The position numbers were made by a program, and so were the translations under genes. 64,000 bases of DNA from Podarcis cretensis (Eukaryota), in contig OX638155.1 of NCBI GenBank assembly GCA_951804945.1, positions 43,710,001-43,774,000 on the forward strand, in the 5' to 3' direction. The notes under the pieces were generated by a model, which did not search any database, had not been told where the DNA came from, and saw nothing but the letters and a program-made list of their open reading frames with translations. Every line of letters starts with the position of its first letter. Position 1 is the first letter of the stretch. Positions 11,876 to 21,516 of this stretch are shown piece by piece.

Positions 11876-13024
11876 TATTTCCAAATATCAGGTGGTTTTG
11901 TGAAGAAAAGATGAGTACGGTAGGGTAAATGAATATGCAGTATAGGCCATGTGCAGTTGCAGCCTAGAAAATTTATTTACTTTGAGCATGCCAGGGGTGG
12001 GTGGAAACGCCCCACAAACAGATCAGTTGGCAGCGCCTTCTGGTTGTTGCGGTCAGGCCCCTTCAGAAGTCTCTAGGGAGATCCAGGCCAATTCTAGCTG
12101 TTAAAGAAACACAAAAACAAAATGAGCCAAAAAATAGTGGTATGTTTATATAATCAATTGATTTGAGGACACATTCATCATGTTCTGCTCTTGTGCCACC
12201 AGAACCAATATATTTTATTAATATTTATGAATATGTTAAGCTATTTAATATGACAATCTACAGCAGTTAACAAACAAATTATGCCTTTACCAAATCATAT
12301 ATCTTATTTGCTTCAATTTGCATTCTTTGTTGGAATTCACACAAATAACGGTAAATTAGATAGATCCTGGAGTGATTCAATAACAGGACAGTTATTAAGA
12401 ATATGCACTCTTAACACAATTTAATTGTGAAGAGGTTCTGCGTGTGGTCTGTCTTTTTCTAGATTTCCAGTAGCCAAGGCTACAATTACAAAGCATTATT
12501 TTACACACACTGGGGAATGCTGCACAATATTCAGTGACTCACAGCTGGCACATACTTTTAGGGATCAAGGAGTCTGATTTAGACAAATATAATTCAGAGT
12601 AGATATTACAAACTTGACCGTGTTCTCCCCTTCTGTAACACACACGTTGCAGCTTGTGGCCAGCTACCTCCTGCAGTGACATCAGCCCTCTAATTCCACC
12701 CATCAAATGATAGGGAAAGAAATGGATCCTTACTGCTGTCAGTCAGTGAAAAGCCCTGGAATATGATGGCTTCAGGCCCAATCATTCCAGATCCAGGCTG
12801 TTGCTGCAGCAGCAGCCTGTCTGCGCCTCACTTTGCACCCTGCATGTGTGGCAGGAGCTGCAGAAGCAGCAATGACCCAGCCAAGTTCTGCAGGGCTGGA
12901 GTCTTGATTGCTTCTTCTGTTTCTGATCATTTAGAATAGTTCAAAGCAAGTTAAATGGTTGACTTGGAAAAGTGATCAATTAAATAAGGCCTTTCAGAAG
13001 CATAGGAGTAGGTAGGATGCAGTC

Positions 13025-13372
13025 ATTATCCTTCTCAGTAGTTGCTCCCAGACTTTGGAATTGCCTCCCTAGAGAAGTTAGGCTGGCTTCCTCATTGTTG
13101 TCCTCCTGCCAGCAGGTGGAGACTTTATTGTTCCAGCAGGCTTTTGGGAACCGGCTGCTTTAAATGAAAGGGCTGGTGCCATGCTGTTTTTATTGTAATT
13201 ATTTGTATGGTTTTAATATAATTTATGTATATAGTTTTAATTCTATAAATTTTTAATTGTTTTTAATCCCCCTCTCCGTTTTTAGCTGGTTTTTATGTGT
13301 TTTTTTAATATCTCTAAGCAGCCTTTTCAGGGGAAATGTTTGGGGTGGATGGGTAATAAATAAATAAATATA
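13025..13372 (+). mobile_element. Older L2-like 3' fragment
   Basis: ccttctcagtagttgctcccagactttggaattgcctccctagagaagtt = FSVVAPRLWNCLPREV, then a T-rich 3' UTR and an (AATA)n tail. Confidence 0.65.
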
Positions 13373-15344
13373 AGCCTTTCTCGGAGATGTTTGCTGAAAC
13401 TATGAGAATGTATTCCTTTTACAGGCGAATTAGAATATGTTTTTTAAATACTGGCCTGAACTTTGTTTTTTTTAAAAAACAACTCCCTTAAACTTGTAAA
13501 ATGTACTCATGAATAAAAATGGCAAGTACTATATTGATGCATATATGCAGACACTACATAGAAATATTTCCCTTTCTTTTTTGGTACCTGGCACTTGTGC
13601 TTAACAGAAATTCAGTGCCAGGATCTTGGAAATGTCTGCAGTCTGGGCCAGGAATTTCAAGCAGAGCTGATATGGAAGCTAGCGAAGACCAGGAAGTTTG
13701 AAATAGACTGAGGTTGAAACATGAATTCTAGATCATTTCTGGGTTATAACATCAGCTCATTCTTTATGTTCAAATAATTTGTGTCCTACACAATTTGACA
13801 AATCGAAATGGTAATTTGATCCAAAGAAGGAAGGAAAATATGGAAAGAGAAGATTAAAAATAAAAGATTAGAGAGAACCTGCTTGAACTATTAAAGACAA
13901 GATAAATGGCTTAAGAGAGAGGTGAGGGAGAACAGCCTCTTAAGAAATGATTTCAGAGAATAAAACAGGAAGCATTCAGTCTAGATAAATAAGATGCCAC
14001 AGATAGCACCAGAAACAGTTGATGAATCCTCAATCCACAGGAATGTGCGTTATATCCCACACACACATTCACAGCCACTGCCAGTGGATGTTCTCAGATT
14101 ATTTTAGTGTGATTTTATTTTTATTTTTGAAATAATGCTCCAATTTTGCAACTTGCCACATCCAGGCTCAATCCTCATGTCAGTATTTTCTATGGGATGT
14201 CAAGTTGCTTTCTTAAAATATGTCAGAACATCCAGAAAATGAATGTCTCGCTCCTGTAACTTTACAGCTGACTTCAGCCATTGGAAAATAAATTACAATC
14301 AAATGATAGCAAATGCACCACATTAAAAAAAAAAATCATAGAGTGCAAAAAATTGTAGACTTGAGGTACAGATGAGCAGGAAACAAAGCATTTAAGAAAG
14401 TCAAATCCAGTTGACACAACTATTTCAGAGAAGACCTAGAAGGCAATGGCAGTCAATCCAGGGACAATTAGCACTTTTATAGCATTTAGATCTGCTCCTT
14501 AAACAAAATATTTAAAGACCAAGTACAAGGTTTGGATCATTTATGAAATTCTTTCAACTGCACAAAGCAGTTATTCAGAACATGAGAAGGAGACAGGCTT
14601 TATCAGAGTCAGAGAGGATTGCAGCTATCTTTGATGTTAATGCTATTTCCTGAAACTGGCGTTTTCAGTTTCTATACAGTGACCAGAGAGAAATAGAGGA
14701 ACAGTACACAATTTCACATAACACCTCCCTAGTTTCTCTCACTCTGTGTCTGTCTTATTATGCCTCCCCCCCCCCCACAAAATACTCAGGGATGCAAATA
14801 TGTGTTCAGGGGCCTGGGGCTCTTAGAAATAAGAATCTGGACTCAGACAATGCTAATTAGATAGGGCATGTTTATTTTATAGTTCCTTGCTTACAGTTAT
14901 GCAGACCAGTGTTCTTCCTTCCAGAATTCCCTTTGCCCCATTTCCTAAGGTGGACTATCTCATGCTTAGCTCAGAGCATTCTGAAATCCTGTTCTTGATA
15001 AAGGAATGGATTGGTCATAAACATTACATCTCTCCTTTCCCCCTAACTATCAAACCACAAATATAATTGAAAACACAGAACACTTGAAAACACTTCTACA
15101 ACTGTGTTACAAAAACTACAACTATAACAATATTATACAGCTAAAGCCATAGAACAAAACCAAATAATTGCTGTATGGTTCACAATGGAACACAATGGTT
15201 GGCCCTCGCTGGGTACCTTTGACCACACGGAAAGGAGTTGCTGGACTTGGTACAGCAGGAGTACGCTTTTTATGAAGTTGCCATCATGCCTATGAGTTCT
15301 GAGCGGTGCTGTGAAGTAGGTTATGGCACAGAATAGAAGAGCAC

Positions 15345-15424
15345 TGAGAGTATATCGAATGGCTTGAGATTGTATTGAGAGTGTATCGCGTGGCTTGAGA
15401 TTGTATTGAGAGTATATTGTGTGG
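15345..15424. repeat. 31-bp tandem repeat x ~2.6
   Basis: tgagagt(a/g)tatcg(aa/cg)tggcttgagattgtat at 15345 and 15376, partial at 15407. Confidence 0.85.
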
Positions 15425-15847
15425 ACACAAAGGGCATTCCACTTTGAGTGGAGTTTCTGTAGCTCTCTTACTCTGCTTCGTTGCAATATATGCCATATCT
15501 CATTGGTGCAAATTCTTGTTTTATATTGCTTCCATCTGCGGTAGCAATATATAGTTTTTTTTTAATAATAATTTTTATTAATTTTCCAATTTTTAACACA
15601 AAACAACAACAACACACAAACATCAACAAATACAAACACATACAAAGATATCATTTCTTAACCTCATTTTCATAAGCCTCCTTTCTCGGACTTCCCCATA
15701 CCTCACCCTTTTTGCATCCTTATTTTACAGTTTTTCAACAACCCTTTTTGCCAATTAAGTTTAAGCTCATTGTCATTCTCAATTTTACCTTGAATCATCA
15801 AACAGTTTTAGCTGCAATTCTGCATCTTCTTTCCCCTTGACATTTTA

Positions 15848-18800
15848 TCACTCCTCTATTTTACAACAGTTCTTAAGGTATACTTTAAACTTCTTTAAAC
15901 TTCTTCCAATCTTCCTCCACTGTCTCTTTCTCTTGGTCGCGGATTCTGCCGGTCATTTCTGCCAGTCCCATAAAGTCAATCACTTTTGTCTGCCATTCTT
16001 CCAGTGTGGGTAGTTCTTGTGTCTTCCAATACTTTGCTAAAAGGATCCTTGCTGCTGTAGTGGCGTACATAAAAAAAGTCTTATCCCTCCTTAACACCAA
16101 TTGGCCGACCATGCCCAGGAGAAATGCCTCCGGTTTCTTGTGAAAAGTACATTTAAGTACCTTCTTAATTTCATTATAAATCATTTCCCAGAAGGCCTTA
16201 ATCCTTGGGCAGGTCCACCAAAGGTGAAAGAAGGTACCTTCAGCTTCATTACATTTCCAACATTTATTATTGGGCAGGTGATAAATCTTCGCAAGCTTGA
16301 CTGGGGTCATGTACCACCTATAAATCATTTTCATAATATTTTCTTTTAAGGCATTACATGCCGTAAATTTAGTACCGGTGGTCCATAACTGTTTCCAGTC
16401 AGCAAACATAATGTCATGGCCTATGTCCTGTGCCCATTTAATCATAGCTGGCTTAACAGTTTCATCTATTGTATTCCACTTCAGCAACAGGTTATACATT
16501 CTTGATAAATTCTTAGTATTGGGTTCTAACAATTCTGTTTCTAGTTTCGATTTCTCCACCTGGAATCCAATTTTCCTGTCTTGTTTAAAAGTCTCCATTA
16601 TTTGATAATAATGGAGCCAGTCTCGTACTTTAGACTTTATTTTCTCATAGCTCTGTAGTTTAAATTTACCACTTTCTTGTTCTAAAATTTCAAAATATTT
16701 TGGCCATTTAGATTCCATGTTGAGTTTCTTCACCTCCTTGGCTTCCATAGGTGATAACCACCTAGGGGTTTTATTTTCCAACAAATCCTTATATCGAATC
16801 CAAACATTGTATAATGCTTTCCTAACAATATGGTTTTTGAATCCCTTATGTATTTTAACCTTGTCGTACCATAAATATGCATGCCAACCAAACCTATTAT
16901 CAAATCCTTCCAAATCCAGAATGTCTGCATTCTCAAGAAGTAGCCAGCAAAAAGCTGCTGATTCATAATACAATCTTAGGTCCGGCAGGGCAAACCCCCC
17001 TCTTTCTTTTGCATCAGTAAGTCTTAAATTTTATTCTGGGCTTTTTGCCCTGCCAGACAAATTTAGATATATCTTTCTGCCACTTCTTGAAGCAATCTAG
17101 TTTATCCACAATTTGTAATGTCTGAAACAAAAATAACATTCTAGGCAATACATTCATTTTGATCACTGCAATTCGGCCTAACAAGGAAAGCTTCAAGTTC
17201 GACCATATCTCTAGATCTTTCTTAACCTCTGTCCAACATTTATCATAATTATCTTTAAATAAATTCACATTTTTAAATGTCATGTTAATCCCCAAATATT
17301 TTACTTTCTTTGCCACCATTAGCCCAGTTTCATTTTGAAATTTCTCTCTTTCAACATTTGTTAAATTCTTTTCCAAAACTTTAGTTTTTTGTTTATTCAG
17401 CTTAAATCCTGCCACCTGACCAAAGATTTGGATCAACTCTAAAACTCTTTTTGTACTAGTGTCCGGCTCTTGTAAAGTCAATACTAAGTCATCTGCAAAT
17501 GCATTCAATTGGTACTGTCTGGCTCCGACCTGAACTCCTTTTACCAGCTGGTCCCCCCTAATCATATTCAACAGAACCTCCAGGACTGATATAAAAAGTA
17601 ATGGGGATATTGGGCACCCTTGCCGTGCCCCTTTTTCTATAGAAAGTTCATCAGTAACCACATTGTTTACAATTAACTTTGCCTTTTGTTCAGAATATAT
17701 TGCACCTATACCATTTTCAAACCTTTGGCCTACCCCCATCCCATGGAGATTCTTTTTCATAAAGTTCCAAGAAATATTGTCAAAGGCTTTCTCCGCATCC
17801 ACAAAAATCAACACTGCTTTTGTATTAATATTTACAGTTAACAGCTCCATAATGTCAATTATATTCCTTACATTCTCTGATAAATGTCTTCCTGGGAGAA
17901 AGCCTGCCTGGTCTTTGTGAATCTCCTCCACTAAAACCCTCTTCAATCTTTTTGCCAAAATATCAGCAAATATTTTGTAATCCACATTAAGTAATGATAT
18001 AGGGCGGTAGTTCTTAATCTGATTTTTTTCAGTTTCAGTCTTTGGTATAAGTGTAATAAAAGCTTCTTTCCACGATTCAGGTGCCTTTTTCCCCTCTAAT
18101 ATTTCGTTACAAACCTCCTTAAGCGGCTGTATTAGCCATTCCTTCAATGTTTTATAGTATCTGGAGGTTAGTCCATCTGGCCCTGGAGATTTCCCTAGTT
18201 GCATATTTTGAATGGCACCCTCTATTTCTTTATCTGTTATTTTCTCGTTTAAGATCAACATACTTTGTTGCGAAATTTTTTGTAATCCATATTTCTTAAG
18301 AAAATCTTCTATATCTCCTTCATTTTCTGGCCCTTGTGCATATAATCTTCTGAAATAACTCTGAAAACAATTGCTGATCTCATTTGGTTTAAAAATGTTC
18401 TTTCCATCCACCTCCAAACTTGTGACTGTATTTAATTTCTGTCTCTTCTTCAATTGCCATGCTAGAAGTTTCCCACATTTGTCCGCTGATTCAAATGACT
18501 TCTGTCTCATTTGCTTAATTTTCCATTCTATCTCCTGATTCATCAATTCCATATATTGCATCTGATAAAACTTGATTTCTCTCAGAATCTCATGAGACTT
18601 TGGTTTAGACCTCAATTTCTTTTCTCCTTCTTTTATTTTTTCCAAAATCTTATCTTTCTTCTCATTTTGTTTCTTTCTCTTTAAAGAATTCTGTTGTATA
18701 AGGAAACCTCGCATCACGGCCTTGCTTGCGTCCCAAATCACTCTTTTCTCAACCTCTGTCCTCAGATTTATCTCAAAATAGTCCTTCAAAGTTTTTGGGG

Positions 18801-19578
18801 CCTTTTTGTAAATCTCAACATCTTTAAATAGGGTGTCATTCATTCTCCATCTGAAGGAACCAGCTGTTGTCAGTTTCATTTCCATCTTCACTGCGTTATG
18901 GTCGGAGCATGTTTTTGGGCAGATTTCCACTTTTTTTATCCTTGGAGCCATTCCACTAGTAGTCCATATTTGATCTATTCTTGTCCATGTCATCTGTGCC
19001 TCTGAAAAGAATGTTCCCTCTCTCTCAAGAGGGTTTCTTGTTCTCCAGATATCAATCAAGTCCATATGTTCAGTCATTTCAAAGAAGGTCTTAGGTAGTC
19101 TCCCATCTTTAGAAACCACCTGTCTTTGTGCTTTATCCATGTTGGTAGAGACAACGCCGTTCATATCTCCTAACAAGATCACCTTGTAATCCAGATAGTC
19201 CATTAATGTCTCATGCAATTTCTTGTAGAATTCTGCCTTCCCTTCGTTTGGAGCATAAATGCCAACTGTCAAAATTTTTTCTCCTTGGATTTGTATCTCA
19301 ATTGCCAAAATTCTTCCATGTTCATCTTTAAAGATCAATTTTGGGGACAATTTCTCCTTTGCATAAATCACCACTCCTCTTTTCTTAACTTTATCCGACG
19401 AAATAAATTCCTGTCCTAATCTTTTGTTTATAAGCAATCTTCTGTGTACCCTTGTCACGTGGGTTTCTTGTAAGCATATCAAATCCAATTGTTCTCTTTT
19501 CAAAATATGAAATACCTCACGCCTTTTTCTGGGAAGGTTCAGTCCATTACAGTTCCAAGTTAGAAATTGCAGAGACAT
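15848..19578 (-). pseudogene. L1 ORF2p (APE endonuclease, reverse transcriptase, CCHC knuckle), disrupted by a frameshift at ~17022 and a 10-bp duplication at 15884-15903
   Basis: EN motifs WNCNGL, LQETH, GDMN, RIDQI, SDHN; RT motifs YRPISLLNVDYK, DAEKAFD, GARQGCPISP, FADD, KYLGI; CWKC..HLWWTC zinc knuckle. ORFs 17014-19578 and 15885-16973 join as KPRIKFK(x)LTDAKERGGFALPDLRLYYESA after one frameshift. Confidence 0.95.
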
Positions 19579-19584
19579 TATTGT

Positions 19585-20580
19585 TTAGTTACCTCCAGCC
19601 GCTCCCTGCGGCTGATCTTCTTCCGTTGGTGACTTGAGTCCAAAAGTCAAGTTTCCAAGATCTGTTTCAGACGTTGATTCTAACACTCCTTTCAAAAGGT
19701 CCTTCTCGTTTCTGTCCAGGAATTGTTCTTTATCTTGCACTGTTCTTATTTTGACTTTCTTTCCTTTGAAGTTGAAAGACAAACCTTGTGGAAATTCCCA
19801 CCTAGAAGGTATATTGTTCCTCTTCAGCAGGTCAACCAGATTCTTAAAGTATGTTCTTACCTCCAAAATATATTTAGGGATGTCCTTGTAAATCTGCACA
19901 GAGACATTTTGAATCTGAAGAGTTCTCTGGTAATGCAAGTTTAGTATTTTATCTCTTTCCTCTTTAGATCTCAAAGTTATCAGGCAATCCCTTGGGATCT
20001 TCCTGCCTTGCCTTCTGCCCAATCTGAAGGCAGTTGTTATCTTGAATTCTTCTTCCTCTAAGTTTACCTGCCAAAAATCTGAAAGTTCTTTTGTGAGAAA
20101 ATCCACTAGGTTGTCCCCTTCACTTTCAGGGACCAACCTAAATCTTAAATTCTTCTCTTTCCGTTGCATCTCCCATAAAGACAAGGCCGCCTCATGCTGG
20201 TCAAGCTTCTTACACACTGGTATTAGACTTTCCTGTGTGGTTTCTGCAGTTAGTTTAGCATCTTCCGCTATTTTTCGAATTGTAGCGTTTTCTTGGACCA
20301 ATTTGTTTATAGTCTCTGTATTAGATGTAATGCTCTTAGTGTTCAAGTCCAATTTTGTTGAAAGTTCTGTCAGTTGTTTAGTATTCTCTGTGCTCTGCTT
20401 TGTCAAATTTTCTAAAGATTCATTTATTTTAAGCAATGCTTGTGTCACTGAATCCATAAATGCGTTTATTCCCTTCTCCTGTCCAGCTGCGCCTGTTGAC
20501 AGTAAGCCTGTTATTGAGGCCCTTTTCTTTTGTGTTTTAACCTTAGATCTTGTTACTATCTCTTCTGCAGGGCCACTCAT
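19585..20580 (-). CDS. L1 ORF1p (331 aa; coiled coil, RRM, CTD), intact
   Basis: Heptad-rich N-terminal half, then RKEKNLRFRLVPE (L1 ORF1 RRxNLRxxGxPE-like), ...IYKDIP... and RWEFPQGLSF (L1 CTD-like). Lies directly upstream of ORF2. Confidence 0.9.
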   Translation of the reverse strand: MSGPAEEIVTRSKVKTQKKRASITGLLSTGAAGQEKGINAFMDSVTQALLKINESLENLTKQSTENTKQLTELSTKLDLNTKSITSNTETINKLVQENATIRKIAEDAKLTAETTQESLIPVCKKLDQHEAALSLWEMQRKEKNLRFRLVPESEGDNLVDFLTKELSDFWQVNLEEEEFKITTAFRLGRRQGRKIPRDCLITLRSKEERDKILNLHYQRTLQIQNVSVQIYKDIPKYILEVRTYFKNLVDLLKRNNIPSRWEFPQGLSFNFKGKKVKIRTVQDKEQFLDRNEKDLLKGVLESTSETDLGNLTFGLKSPTEEDQPQGAAGGN

Positions 20581-21229
20581 ATCCCAAGGTCGTTCCCACA
20601 GGAACAGCTTAAGTGGAAAAATCCAGTGACTTGTTTTTTAACAGACTATGTTACAGCTGTTACCTTTCAGCCCTCTAGAGGGAGCATCATTGTATCCAAT
20701 AAGCAAGCACAACAAAGAAACCCAAAGCCCTCAGAGGGGAGAAGTTTTTAACAACAGTCTTTCAATCTTTAAGTTGCAACAATGTTATTTCTATAGAGTC
20801 CAAGAGAACTGTATCCAATAAAGTCACCGCTTTGCGGCAGTTCTTGTCTGACAGTCTGACAGTCCCCTGTCAAAGTGCTTCACCCAGGCAGTCCGTTCCC
20901 AGAGTCAGAGACAGCAGGAATTTTCACTTAATTTTTCCTCTCATGCAGGTTAAAATTAGTTCCCTTTTCGTCCCCCCCTGCTCCTGCTTGCTGGGGGGGT
21001 AGTTCAAATTCATTGTCTAGGTTAAACAGTTCAAACAGTTCAGAGTTACTTTTCCTTCAATTGCAGCTTCTCGTGCCGTTGCTTTAAAAGTTCATGCAGT
21101 CCAGGGGAGGCAGACTTCCTTTATTTACCATCCCCACTTTCAGCCAAATTTCAATTATTTTAAAGTCCCGATAAGTTTTCCAATCCTACTTACGGGTGTT
21201 CAATTTCAGTCCAAATTTCAGGAAGGAAT

Positions 21230-21516
21230 CGGCGCTCTCCACTGATGGCGACGCGGCTTCACTCCACGGGCTGGGTAGCGACTCTCAGCACCGCACGATC
21301 CCCCGATGCTCCTCCGGAGCCTTTAAAAAGGCTCTTTTGCAGTAAAGGGGGGTGCAAATGGTGCCCGCCGAGTCTCCTTGTTCACAGGCTTCCGCGCCTG
21401 TGATTTTAGGGGTCCCCGCTTCGCCGTAGCGGTCAGACCCGAACTCGTGAAGCAGCCCTCTCTCCGGAGCTCGGGGAGAGAGCCGCCATTAAGCGCTGGC
21501 GCCGACCAGAAGTCCC
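21230..21516 (-). promoter_or_regulatory. CpG-rich L1 internal promoter region with YY1-like motif
   Basis: Element starts GGGACTTCTGGTCGGCGCCAGCGCTTAATGGCGGC; AATGGCGG is YY1-like (plus strand gccgccatt 21482-21490). Many undecayed CpGs. Confidence 0.6.

Larger units (their letters stand above)
15555..21516 (-). mobile_element. Full-length L1-clade LINE (5962 bp), antisense in APCDD1 intron 3
   Basis: Perfect 19-bp TSD ctgcggtagcaatatatag at 15536-15554 and 21517-21535. A9 tail (T run 15555-15563) preceded by AATAAA (15574-15579). ~0.94-kb 5' UTR with a CpG-rich start, then ORF1 and ORF2. Confidence 0.97.

Noticed and set aside
15133-15496. 117-aa and 68-aa minus-strand ORFs next to the L1 3' end, possible 3' transduction
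   Set aside because: They lie outside the TSD, so they are not part of the insertion; the ORFs come partly from the 31-bp tandem repeat.
20042-20629. 195-aa + strand ORF
   Set aside because: Antisense shadow of L1 ORF1, with a non-ATG start and Ser/Phe/Val-rich composition dictated by the opposite strand.
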